NCBI GenBank assembly: GCA_963805945.1 | Contig: CAWDVP010000006.1 | Span: 448,001-512,000, forward strand | DNA: 64,000 bases | Direction: 5' to 3' | Source: Vulcanimicrobiota bacterium | GTDB taxonomy: Bacteria > Vulcanimicrobiota > Vulcanimicrobiia > Eremiobacterales > Eremiobacteraceae | Part shown: piece after piece, positions 1 to 9,173 of the stretch | How the letters are laid out: every line of letters starts with the position of its first letter | How positions within the stretch are numbered: position 1 is the stretch's first letter | Notes under the pieces: model-generated | The model's database searches: none | Told to the model about the DNA's origin: nothing | The model's input: only the letters and a program-made list of their open reading frames with translations | Made by a program: the position numbers and the translations under genes

Positions 1-833
1 GAGTTGGGGATGACGGCGTCTCGGACCCCCGACACGATGTACACCGGCTTGCCGGTGAACGTGTCGAACACCGCGTCGCGGTCGCCGTTGTTCGGACCGC
101 CCGCGATCGCGAGGAAGCCGGCCCACTCCTGGACCCGCTTCGGTCCTACCTGGTAGACGCCATAACCGCCCATCGAGTAGCCGACGAGGAACGTTCGGTG
201 CGGGTCGATGGTGAACGCCTGCTTCGCCGCCTCGAGCGCCGCGTACACGTCGGCCGGCGCCGGGTCTTCATACTGGATGTCGCCGCGGCCATACGGCGCG
301 ATGATGATCGTGCCGGTAGCGTCCGAGAGCTGCCGGAAGTATTTTATGGCGAGGATCTCGCTTTCCGTCTGCGTGCGCCCGTGCAGCAGGACGACCAGTG
401 ACGCCTGGTGCCCGGCCTGATACGACGGCGGCACGTACAGCGCCGCCGGCTGCATCGATCCATCATATGGGGAGCGCACGAGGACCTCATCGAGGCCGCG
501 CACCTGGGCGAGATCGTGGAACTTCCCGGTGGCCAGCTGGTCGACCGCCGAGGCGGTCAGTCTCACGTCGAGCGCCTGCCAATCGGCGTACTCCTGCGCG
601 CTCATGACAGATGGGTCGGGAAAGTCGTCGAGGCCGCCGAGATCCTCATCGAGCCGCCCTTCGAGGATGACAGCGACGTGCGAGCGTCGCTCCACGTCGC
701 TGAAGTTGTCGACGAGCTGCTTGTGGGCGGCCTGAATCGCCGTCCGGGTCTGCGCGAGCGTGGTCTGCGGGCCCGGCTCGGCGATCTGCGCCTGCAAGAG
801 CAGCGCGGCGACCGTCACCGAGGCGAGGAACAT
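1..833 (-). CDS. Secreted alpha/beta-hydrolase (esterase/PHB-depolymerase-like), 3' end beyond window start
   Basis: Manual translation from ATG 833: MFLASVTVAALLLQAQ...LYVPPSY...LVVLLHG...APYGRG...FLVGYSMGG (GxSxG nucleophile elbow). Absent from the ORF track because it runs off the edge. Confidence 0.75.
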   Translation of the reverse strand, partial: MFLASVTVAALLLQAQIAEPGPQTTLAQTRTAIQAAHKQLVDNFSDVERRSHVAVILEGRLDEDLGGLDDFPDPSVMSAQEYADWQALDVRLTASAVDQLATGKFHDLAQVRGLDEVLVRSPYDGSMQPAALYVPPSYQAGHQASLVVLLHGRTQTESEILAIKYFRQLSDATGTIIIAPYGRGDIQYEDPAPADVYAALEAAKQAFTIDPHRTFLVGYSMGGYGVYQVGPKRVQEWAGFLAIAGGPNNGDRDAVFDTFTGKPVYIVSGVRDAVIPN

Positions 834-959
834 GCCGCCTTTCTTCTCCGATAATGAAACCTTACCCCTTGCCTGCTAGTATACTTCGGCGTCAGCAGTC
901 ACGGCGAAAGGAGACACTTTCAGATGTTTGCAGGCACCTCCACGAGCGTCCGTCGGATC

Positions 960-1436
960 ATGACGGCCGCGGCGGCGTTCGCATTGCTCGCGGCGCTCGC
1001 GAGCACATCCCCGGCCGGCGCAGCAGCCGCACCGACCCCGGACGCCGGCGGCGGCTGCGGCAGCGTCACCATCGGATCGTCCGGCAGCGCCGACGTCCTC
1101 AAAGCAGAGAACTGCTTCTCCCACGCATATGCATCGTGCGACGATGCTCGGTTCTCGGTGGCCTTCCAGGGCGCCGACGCGGGCGTCGCGCGCACATTCG
1201 TCACCCTGCGCAACGATAGCAACTCGACGTGTCAAGTGGCTGAGGTCGTCGATCATCTCAAGGGTGCCACGGTCGCGTCGAGCGACACGTATCTCTGCAG
1301 CGACGCCAGGCAGAGCAGCGACGGTCTCACGTTCAAGAACTGCGGCGCCGAGGGCGACGTCTGGGTGCCTGCCGACCTCACGTCGGCGAGCGCGAAGCGC
1401 CTTCTGACGATCGCGTTCGCACCTGGCCTCATGTAG
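960..1436 (+). CDS. Secreted Cys-containing hypothetical protein
   Basis: Ala-rich signal peptide and six Cys in the mature part; alternative start 924. Confidence 0.65.
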   Translation: MTAAAAFALLAALASTSPAGAAAAPTPDAGGGCGSVTIGSSGSADVLKAENCFSHAYASCDDARFSVAFQGADAGVARTFVTLRNDSNSTCQVAEVVDHLKGATVASSDTYLCSDARQSSDGLTFKNCGAEGDVWVPADLTSASAKRLLTIAFAPGLM

Positions 1437-1445
1437 GCGACGTAT

Positions 1446-1472
1446 GTAGGGGTCGATCTTCAGATCGACCCT
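1446..1472 (+). repeat. GTAG-type REP-like hairpin (copy A)
   Basis: GTAG-GGGTCGATC-TTCA-GATCGACCC-T; near-identical to copies at 9043, 18675 and 18710. Confidence 0.85.
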
Positions 1473-1489
1473 CCCTGGACCACGACGAA

Positions 1490-1515
1490 GGGACGACCGA
1501 AAGGTTGTCCCTTAC
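1490..1515 (-). repeat. REP-like hairpin variant (copy B), inverted partner of copy A
   Basis: Minus strand GTAA-GGGACAACC-TTTC-GGTCGTCCC; same 9+4+9 geometry with one mismatch. Confidence 0.65.
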
Positions 1516-2417
1516 ATTTTGGTCGCAAGCGCGCGGCGCAGGCTGCCGCTGTGTGAGGCGAGCAGCGCACGCGCCGTCGCGACGTCGCAGACGCGGCGCA
1601 GCATGACCACGGATTCTTTGACACGACCGCCGCTCGCGGCGAGCGCCCTGGCGGCTTCTTCTTCTGTTGCCCCAGCGAGCAGCATCGTGATGCGGAGCGC
1701 TCTGGCGCGCAGCTTCGCGTTCGCAGCCGCGACGTCCACCATGAGATTGCCGTGCACCCGGCCCAGCTTGACCATCACGGCCGTGCTGATCGTATGGAGC
1801 GCCATCTTCTGCGCGCTCGCCGCCTTCATACGCGTGGAACCGGCGATCACTTCCGCGCCGGTGCGCAAGACGATGGGTATCTGCACAGCGCTCGCGAGCG
1901 GCGTACGTTCGCTATTGGTCACGCCGATCGTCAGCGCGCCGGCGGCCTGGGCCGCGCGAAGCGCGCCGAGCACGAAGGGCGCCGCTCCGCTCGCCGAGAG
2001 CCCGATCACCGCGTCTGCGGCCCCAATCCGCGCGGCCGCGACCTCCGCCGCCCCGGCCGCCGCATCGTCCTCCGCGCCTTCGACCGCTCCGGCGACTGCC
2101 GCGCTGCCGCCCGCGATGTGCGCGACGACGAGTTCGCCGGCGGAGAACGTCGGACCGATCTCGGCCGCGTCGAGGACCCCGAGCCGCCCGCTCGTGCCGG
2201 CGCCGAAATAATGCAGCGTGCCGCCGGCGCCAAGGCGCTGCGCGATCGCATCGACCGCGGTTCCGATGACGTCGAGCTCGCGCTCGACCGCCCATGCGGC
2301 TCTCCGATCCTCGTCGTTGATGCGATGCAGCAGTTCGTGCGTGTCGAGCAGGTCGAGGTCGGCCGACGACGGGTTGGCGGCCTCGGTGAGCGGCAGCTCC
2401 TCCATCACCGGCGCCAC
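1512..2417 (-). CDS. murQ: N-acetylmuramic acid 6-phosphate etherase
   Basis: GAGTSGRLGVLDAAE, EGAED, GSTRMKA and GRVHGNLMVDV motifs; adjacent to anmK. Start may be ATG 2405. Confidence 0.95.
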   Translation of the reverse strand: MAPVMEELPLTEAANPSSADLDLLDTHELLHRINDEDRRAAWAVERELDVIGTAVDAIAQRLGAGGTLHYFGAGTSGRLGVLDAAEIGPTFSAGELVVAHIAGGSAAVAGAVEGAEDDAAAGAAEVAAARIGAADAVIGLSASGAAPFVLGALRAAQAAGALTIGVTNSERTPLASAVQIPIVLRTGAEVIAGSTRMKAASAQKMALHTISTAVMVKLGRVHGNLMVDVAAANAKLRARALRITMLLAGATEEEAARALAASGGRVKESVVMLRRVCDVATARALLASHSGSLRRALATKM

Positions 2418-2421
2418 CGCA

Positions 2422-3600
2422 TCAGGTTTGCCATATGCCGCGCATCAGCAACGCGAAGTTCTTGCCGGGCGCGATGGTGCCCATCACCACGGGATGGCGG
2501 GCTCCGGTCGCCGACGGCAGGTTGTTGGCGCGGCCGTGCAGCGCCTCGTACCCGAGCACGGCGAACGCCATCGCCTCCTTCGCGTCCACCGGCATGCCGA
2601 ACGCGTCCGAACGCTCGATGACCGCGCGCACCGAGCGCTTGCTCAGCTCTTCTTCGAGCGCGGTCATCAGCGCGCGATTATGCACGCCGCCGCCCGAGAC
2701 CACGAGCAGCGCGCAATCGCGCGGCACGGCGGCGGCGATGGTGCGCGCGGTAAGCGTGGTGACGGTGGCGATCAAATTCGGTCCCGTGACGCCGAGATTA
2801 GCGGCGCGCTGGAACACATCGCCGGCATAGGCCTCGCCGAACTCCTCGCGTCCGGTTGACTTGGGCGACGGGCGCCGGAACCACGCGTTCTCCATGAGCT
2901 CGTCGAGCAGCACCTCGGACACGCGGCCGCTCAGGCCGATGGCACCACCGCGATCGTAGCGCTGCACGCCATGCGTCTCGAAGCGCACGCATGCGTCGAT
3001 GAGCATGTTGCCCGGGCCGGTGTCGAACGCCCGCACATGCTCCGGGCCGCATCCCGCGGGCAGCCACGTCACGTTGGCGATCCCGCCGATATTAAGCGCC
3101 ATGCGGCTCTCGGTGGGGCTCGTGAGCAGGAGGTGATCGACGAACGGCACGAGCGGCGCGCCCTCACCGCCGGCCGCGACATCGGCGACGCGGAAGTCCC
3201 CGACGCTCGTGATGCCGGTGGCCTCGGCGATGATCGCGGGCGAACCGATCTGCAGGGTGGCGCGCGTCTCCGTGCTGCCCGTCGTCATATGGTACAGCGT
3301 CTGACCGTGCGAGGCGATCGCGTGAACGCCGCTGAGTTCGATGCTGTTGCGCTGCGCGAGCCGCAGCGCCGCTTCCGCGAACGCATCGCCGACCCGCACG
3401 TTGAGCGCGCAGACGTCGCGCGTGCTGCCCGTCCGCGGCGGCAACGCCGACTCGAGCGCGGCGCGCAATTCCGTCGCATAGGGGACCGTCGCGTGGCAGA
3501 GCAGCGCGACGTCGAGCGTATCGCCGTGGCGCTCGACGTCCACCGCCGCGGCGTCGATGCCGTCGAGCGACGTGCCCGACATCAGCCCGATGATGCGCAT
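2422..3600 (-). CDS. anmK: Anhydro-N-acetylmuramic acid kinase
   Basis: IGLMSGTSLDGID, SHGQT, DFRVADVAAGGEGAPLVP, NIGGIAN, FDTGPGNMLID, KSTGREEF, KEAMAFA. Confidence 0.97.
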   Translation of the reverse strand: MRIIGLMSGTSLDGIDAAAVDVERHGDTLDVALLCHATVPYATELRAALESALPPRTGSTRDVCALNVRVGDAFAEAALRLAQRNSIELSGVHAIASHGQTLYHMTTGSTETRATLQIGSPAIIAEATGITSVGDFRVADVAAGGEGAPLVPFVDHLLLTSPTESRMALNIGGIANVTWLPAGCGPEHVRAFDTGPGNMLIDACVRFETHGVQRYDRGGAIGLSGRVSEVLLDELMENAWFRRPSPKSTGREEFGEAYAGDVFQRAANLGVTGPNLIATVTTLTARTIAAAVPRDCALLVVSGGGVHNRALMTALEEELSKRSVRAVIERSDAFGMPVDAKEAMAFAVLGYEALHGRANNLPSATGARHPVVMGTIAPGKNFALLMRGIWQT

Positions 3601-4680
3601 CTACGCGGCCTCGCTCGTCGCGCAGGCGACGACCTCGTCGTGCAGCGCTACGCGCAGATCCGCGATCGGTCCGGGCTCGCGCGAGAGGTAGACCCGATTG
3701 GTGAGCAGGACGACGGTGAGCTCGCGCGCCGGGTCGACGAACACCGATGTGCCGGTGTAGCCGGTGTGCCCGAATGACTCCGCGGAGAGCTTGTGCCCCC
3801 ACGGTCTGGCATCGGCAGGCTTAAGCGCCCAACCGAGGCCGCGGCGTTCACCATTGCCCGCTGCTTGTTCGCGGATCGCCGCGAGCGCTGTCGGCCGCAG
3901 CAGCATTGGTCGGCCGGCGGCCTGGCCGACCTCGCGATACATCTCGGCGAGTCGAGCGACGTCGTGCACGGTGCCGAACAGCCCCGCATGGCCCGCGACG
4001 CCGCCCATGGACCAGCATGTCTCGTCGTGCACCTCGCCGCACAGCAGGCGGCCGCGCCACGCGTCGCGCTCGGTGCAGACGACGCGCGCGAGCAGTTCGC
4101 CCTGCGGCCGATAACCGCACGTCGAGATCGCCAGCGGGTCGAACACCATGCTCTGCAGCGCGAGCGGCAGCGCCAGCCCGGAGAGCCGCGCGACCGCTTC
4201 ACCGAGCAGGATGAAGCCGCAATCGCTGTAGACGACCACCTCGCCCGGCGCGTGCACGAGCGGTGTCGCACAGGCGCGCTCGATGACGTGCGCGGCGTCG
4301 ACCTCCGCCCGCGCGTTGACGCTCGGCGGCAATCCCGATGTGTGGCTCAGCAGATGGCGGTAGGTGACCGCCTTTCGTCGCGGGTCGCGGCCGGCGAAGC
4401 GCGGGAACGTCTCGAGGATGGAGTCGTCGAGCGCGAACGTACGGCGGTCGAGCAGCACGAGCATCGCGGTGGTGACGGCGATCTTGGTGAGCGAGGCGAG
4501 ATCGAAGAGCGCATCCAGCATCGCGATCGGGCCGCCAGGCGACGATTCGCCGAAGGCCCCCTCGCAGACGATCGCTCCGGCCTGTCGCACCTGCACGACG
4601 GCGCACGAGCACACGCTGCCGATGGCCTCTTCGACCATGCGCAGCACCGCGCTGAAACGCTCCGGACCGCGCTCGCTCAC
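3601..4680 (-). CDS. Serine hydrolase, beta-lactamase/AmiE family
   Basis: FDLASLTK (SxxK), LLSHTSGL, YSD, GEVHD, GHAGLF, FGHTGYTGT; lies within the recycling operon. Confidence 0.85.
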   Translation of the reverse strand: MSERGPERFSAVLRMVEEAIGSVCSCAVVQVRQAGAIVCEGAFGESSPGGPIAMLDALFDLASLTKIAVTTAMLVLLDRRTFALDDSILETFPRFAGRDPRRKAVTYRHLLSHTSGLPPSVNARAEVDAAHVIERACATPLVHAPGEVVVYSDCGFILLGEAVARLSGLALPLALQSMVFDPLAISTCGYRPQGELLARVVCTERDAWRGRLLCGEVHDETCWSMGGVAGHAGLFGTVHDVARLAEMYREVGQAAGRPMLLRPTALAAIREQAAGNGERRGLGWALKPADARPWGHKLSAESFGHTGYTGTSVFVDPARELTVVLLTNRVYLSREPGPIADLRVALHDEVVACATSEAA

Positions 4681-6242
4681 GGCGCGCTCGACGCCACATG
4701 CGGCGCGGCGATCGTGACCGGTGCACGGCCGGGCGCCTGTGTCCGACCGAGCAGCACGTCGGCGGCGGCAGCGAGCGCTGCATCGTCATCGCCGAACGAG
4801 GCGACGACCGCGACGGTTTCGGGGAGCACGGCCGCATCGTAGGGTCCCAACGCCGCGACCGCGATCGTCGGTTTGCCGTACAGCGCGAGGTCGGCCGCCA
4901 AACGCGCTTGCAGCGGGTGGCGCAGCGCGTCGCGCGTAACGATGACGAAGGCGTCCGCCGACGCTGCCGCTAGTAGCGCCTGTTTGTATTCCTGCCCGGC
5001 CGGATCGAGACTGCGCAGCTGCTCGCTGACGTGCGCGCCGCCGGCCGCCAGCGTCTTGCCGAACGCGCTGCTCACGCGCGCGCTCGAAGGCTGGCCGCCG
5101 CCGGCGATGCAGTTGATCACGAGGATGCGTGCGTCCGGCGACCCCGGCAGCGGCGGCACGCCGCCGGCGCCACGGAGCAGCGTGATGGCACGTCGCGCCG
5201 CCTCCTTGAAGATGTCTGTAGCGGGCGGATCTTTAGATCCGCCCTGGCGTTCAGCATATCGCATGCGCAGCGCGTCGACGCGCGCCAAGCTTGCGGTCAC
5301 CCGCTCCGGGTCGAGCCGACCTTCGCGCAGCGCGCGGCCAAGCGCGTCGCGCGCCGCGCGCGCCGCATCGAGCGAATGCGAGAACAGCACGAGGTCCGCG
5401 CCGGCTTGGACGGCGAGCACGGCTGCTTCGCCGAGCGGATAGCGCTGCGCCACGGCCTGCATCTCCATGTCGTCGGTGCAGATGACGCCGTCGAACGACA
5501 ACTCGTGCCGCAGGATGTCGGTGAGGATGACGTGCGACAGCGTCGCCGGCGCGCCGCTTCGGTCCACGGCGGGCAGCCCGACGTGTGCGGTCATCACCAC
5601 GTCGACGCCCGCGTCGATCGCGGCACGGAACGGCACGAATTCGCGCGCTCGAAGGCGTTCGAGATCGCTGACCACGCTGGGAAGACCGGTGTGTGAATCG
5701 TCCTCTGTGTCGCCGTGGCCGGGGAAGTGTTTGGCGCATGAACCGATGCCGGCGTCGTGCAGCCCGTGCACGGCTGCGGTGACGTGCCGAGCGACGGCGT
5801 GCGGATCGTCGCCGAAAGAACGCAGTCCGATCACCGGATTGAGCGGATTGGTGTTGACGTCGGCGACCGGAGCGAGATCGAGCATGATGCCGAGCGCGGC
5901 GGCTTCTGCTCCGATCCGCGCATGCACGGCGCGCGTGAGCTCGACGTCATCGGCGGCGCCCAGCGCCATGGCCGAGGGTGGATGCGAGCCGGCTGCGCCG
6001 AGCCGCTCGACCACGCCGCCTTCTTGATCCACGGCGATGAGCAGCGGCTTGCATCGAGCGGCGCGCGCTGCCGCCTGCAAGGCGCCGGTCAGCGCGACGG
6101 TCGTTTCGGAGCCATCGATATTCGGGCGAAAGAGGATGGCTCCGGCGGTTCCGGCAATGAAATCCAACGTCCCGGCCGATGGGGACGCTCCTTCGAAACC
6201 GACCAAGAGCAGACCGCCTATCCGGTCCGCGAGCGCCTCCAT
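4677..6242 (-). CDS. nagZ: Beta-N-acetylhexosaminidase (GH3, two-domain)
   Basis: AVDQEGG, APVADVN, RSFG, KHFPGHGDTEDDSH, VMTAH, TDDMEM. Start placed at MEALADRIG (ATG 6242). Confidence 0.93.
   Translation of the reverse strand: MEALADRIGGLLLVGFEGASPSAGTLDFIAGTAGAILFRPNIDGSETTVALTGALQAAARAARCKPLLIAVDQEGGVVERLGAAGSHPPSAMALGAADDVELTRAVHARIGAEAAALGIMLDLAPVADVNTNPLNPVIGLRSFGDDPHAVARHVTAAVHGLHDAGIGSCAKHFPGHGDTEDDSHTGLPSVVSDLERLRAREFVPFRAAIDAGVDVVMTAHVGLPAVDRSGAPATLSHVILTDILRHELSFDGVICTDDMEMQAVAQRYPLGEAAVLAVQAGADLVLFSHSLDAARAARDALGRALREGRLDPERVTASLARVDALRMRYAERQGGSKDPPATDIFKEAARRAITLLRGAGGVPPLPGSPDARILVINCIAGGGQPSSARVSSAFGKTLAAGGAHVSEQLRSLDPAGQEYKQALLAAASADAFVIVTRDALRHPLQARLAADLALYGKPTIAVAALGPYDAAVLPETVAVVASFGDDDAALAAAADVLLGRTQAPGRAPVTIAAPHVASSAP
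5218..5245 (+). repeat. REP-like hairpin inside the nagZ coding sequence (copy C)
   Basis: GTAG-C-GGGCGGATC-TTTA-GATCCGCCC-T; compensatory C/G swap relative to copy D. Confidence 0.8.
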
Positions 6243-6321
6243 GCCTGCCTCTCCCGGTAGCCACACGGGTCGCGGCCCGCCGTCACCGTCTCGTACAAGA
6301 ACGCGCGCCGCACCCCCTCTC

Positions 6322-9027
6322 ATGAAGGACGGACCCTTGAAGCGCCTCACTCAACTCGTGACCATCGTCTCGATCGCCATCCTCGCCGCCGCTTTCCCGC
6401 CTTCGCGCGGCTGCGCCGATGCGGCACCCGGCGGCGACGCAACGGTCACTCGCGCGACCCTGCCGAACGGCCTGCGCGTCGTCATCGTGCGCAACTCGCT
6501 TGCGCCGGTCGTCAACGTGCAGGTCGTCTATCTCGCCGGCGCGGATGAGACCCCGCCGGGCTTTCCGGGCATGGCGCACGCGCAGGAGCACATGGCGTTC
6601 GCGCGCGGCATGACCGGGCTCACCGCGAACCAGCTGGCCGACATCGGCACCCTTATGGGCTCGTACGACAATGCGCAGACCGAGCAGACGCTCACGCGCT
6701 ACTTCTATGTCGTGCCGACCGAGGATCTCGGTTACGCGCTCAAGGTCTTCTCGATACAGATGCGCGGCGTGCTGGACGCCAACGACGAATGGGCGCAGGA
6801 ACGAGGCGCGATCGAGCAAGAGGTCGCCGCCGATCTTTCCAATCCGTTCTATCGTTTCTTCGCCGCCGCCCAGAACGATCTCTACGCAGGCACGCCGTAT
6901 GCGCACGACGCGCTCGGCACGCGTCCGTCCTTCGACAAGACGACCGGCGCGATGCTCAAGCAGTTCTACGACGCGTGGTACCACCCGAACAACGCGATCC
7001 TCTTCATCGTCGGCGATGTCGATCCGCAGCCGACGCTTGATTCGGTGAAGCAGCTCTTCGGCGCGATTCCGAGCCACGCGCTGCCGGCGCGGCCCGCGGT
7101 CCATCTGCAGCCGCTCAAGGCCAAGACGCTTACGCTGGACGGCGACCAGGGATTCGCCGTCGCGTTCGTCGGCTATCGTCTGCCGGGCATCAATGATAAG
7201 GATTTCGCCGCATCGCAGATCCTCGGCGATGTCCTTGCGAGCCAGCGCGGCGATCTCTATGCGCTCGGGCCGCAAGGCAAGGCCTTGCAGGCCGGCTACT
7301 TCCCGGTCACGTCGCTGCCCAAGGCGAGCACGGGCATCGTCTATGCCGCGCTGCCTCCAGGAGCGGACACCAAGGGCATGGCCGACACGCTCAAGAGCGT
7401 CATCGCCGACTATCAGAAGAACGGCGTACCAACCGACCTCGTCGCGGCGGCGCAGCGTCGCGTCGTCGCACAAGCGCAGTTCCGCCGAAATTCCATCAGC
7501 GGTCTCGCCGAGGCCTGGGTCAATGCGATCGCCATCGAAGGGCATGACTCGCCTGATGACAGCGTCGCAGCGCTCCAGCGGGTGACGGTCGACGACGTGA
7601 ACCGCGTGCTGCGGCGCTATTTCGTCAACGCGACCGCGCTCGTCGGCATCGTCAACCCGAAACCGGCCGGCAAGCCCGTCGCGTCGAAAGGTTTCGGCGG
7701 GGAGGAGTCGTTCGCACCGAAGGATGCCAAGGAGACGACGCTGCCCGACTGGGCGAAGGGCCTCGTGGCATCGATTGCAGTGCCGAAGTCGACCACCAAT
7801 CCGACGTCGTTCACACTGCCAAACGGCCTGCACATCATCGTGCAGCCCGAGCGCATCAGCCCCACCGTCACGGTCATCGGCCAGGTGAAGAACAACTCCG
7901 ATCTCCAGACCGCGCCGGGCAAAGACGGCGTCGATCAAGTGCTGGGCGGGCTGTTCACATACGGCACGACGACGCTCGACCGGCTGGCGTACCGCAAGGC
8001 TCTGGACGACATCGCCGCGCGAGCACAACCAGGTGCGAACTTCTCGCTCTCAGTGCTCTCGTCGGACTTCGATCGCGGCGTCCAGCTGCTCGCCGACGGC
8101 GTGCTCCACCCCGCGCTGCCCGCGCCGGCTTTTGCGATCGTGCAGAAACAGACCGCGGGCGCTCTCGCGGGGCAGTTGGAGAGCCCGGATTATCTCGCCG
8201 TGATCGCGCTCGTCAAAGCGCTCTACCCACCGACCGATCCTCAACAACGCTGGCCTTCGGTCGCCAGCGTGAACGCGCTGACGCTTGACGACGCGAAGGC
8301 GTACTACACGACGGTGTTCCGGCCCGACGTCACGACGATCGTCGTCATCGGCGACGTGACGCCCGACGGCGCGAAAGCGACGATCGAGCGTTGGTTCGGC
8401 ACATGGACGGCCAGCGGTCCGGCGCCGCAGACCGAATATCCGCCGGCGCCGAACAACGGGCCGTCCGCTGCAAGCGTGCCAGCGACCGGGGTAGTGCAAG
8501 ATTCGGTGACGCTGCAAGAGACCATCGGTTTGCTGCGATCAGATCCGGACTACTACGCGATGAACGTCGCCAGCTCGATCCTAGGCGGCGGGTTCTACGC
8601 CTCGCGGTTGTCGATCGATCTGCGTCAAAAAGCAGGCTTGGTCTATTCCGTCGGCTCCGAAGCAGATATCGGCAAGACCCGCAGTTCGTTCGCGATCTAC
8701 TACGGCTGCGATCCGCCGAAGGTCTCGCAGGCGCGCGCGCTCATCGAGCGCGACCTGCGCGACATGCAGACCGCGGTGCCCACGGCCAACGAGCTGCAGC
8801 GCTCGAAGGTCCAACTGCTCGCGGATATCCCGCTAAGCGAGCAGAGCGAGAACAGCATCGCGGGTGGCCTGCTGGAGCGAGCCCTGCTCGGCTTGCCGCT
8901 CGATGAGCCCCAGATCGCCGGCAACCACTACGCCGCGATGACCGGCGAGCAGGTGCGCGATGTGATGGCGAAGTGGGTCCGGGTGCCGGACTTCGTGCAA
9001 ATCGTGACCGGACCGCCGCCCCAATAG
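6322..9027 (+). CDS. Secreted M16 (pitrilysin family) zinc peptidase
   Basis: Signal peptide, TLPNGL twice (two halves), inverted zinc motif HAQEH, WYHPNNA, SRL...LRQKAGLVY. Confidence 0.92.
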   Translation: MKDGPLKRLTQLVTIVSIAILAAAFPPSRGCADAAPGGDATVTRATLPNGLRVVIVRNSLAPVVNVQVVYLAGADETPPGFPGMAHAQEHMAFARGMTGLTANQLADIGTLMGSYDNAQTEQTLTRYFYVVPTEDLGYALKVFSIQMRGVLDANDEWAQERGAIEQEVAADLSNPFYRFFAAAQNDLYAGTPYAHDALGTRPSFDKTTGAMLKQFYDAWYHPNNAILFIVGDVDPQPTLDSVKQLFGAIPSHALPARPAVHLQPLKAKTLTLDGDQGFAVAFVGYRLPGINDKDFAASQILGDVLASQRGDLYALGPQGKALQAGYFPVTSLPKASTGIVYAALPPGADTKGMADTLKSVIADYQKNGVPTDLVAAAQRRVVAQAQFRRNSISGLAEAWVNAIAIEGHDSPDDSVAALQRVTVDDVNRVLRRYFVNATALVGIVNPKPAGKPVASKGFGGEESFAPKDAKETTLPDWAKGLVASIAVPKSTTNPTSFTLPNGLHIIVQPERISPTVTVIGQVKNNSDLQTAPGKDGVDQVLGGLFTYGTTTLDRLAYRKALDDIAARAQPGANFSLSVLSSDFDRGVQLLADGVLHPALPAPAFAIVQKQTAGALAGQLESPDYLAVIALVKALYPPTDPQQRWPSVASVNALTLDDAKAYYTTVFRPDVTTIVVIGDVTPDGAKATIERWFGTWTASGPAPQTEYPPAPNNGPSAASVPATGVVQDSVTLQETIGLLRSDPDYYAMNVASSILGGGFYASRLSIDLRQKAGLVYSVGSEADIGKTRSSFAIYYGCDPPKVSQARALIERDLRDMQTAVPTANELQRSKVQLLADIPLSEQSENSIAGGLLERALLGLPLDEPQIAGNHYAAMTGEQVRDVMAKWVRVPDFVQIVTGPPPQ

Positions 9028-9042
9028 CCCTGCGCCACATAT

Positions 9043-9069
9043 GTAGGGGCCGATCTTTAGATCGGCCCT
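9043..9069 (+). repeat. GTAG-type REP-like hairpin (copy D)
   Basis: GTAG-GGGCCGATC-TTTA-GATCGGCCC-T, 15 nt after the peptidase stop codon. Confidence 0.85.
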
Positions 9070-9173
9070 CAATGAAACAAAGCGCCCTCGTGTGGCGTAG
9101 TACGTCTTTAGAACCCCGGCCCAACGCAGGGCCGACCTTGCAGACGATCACGGCGAAGGATCAGCAGGCGGGC

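Noticed and set aside
3601..4680. Beta-lactam resistance gene
   Set aside because: No signal peptide and embedded in nagZ-anmK-murQ; better explained as an AmiE-like hydrolase.
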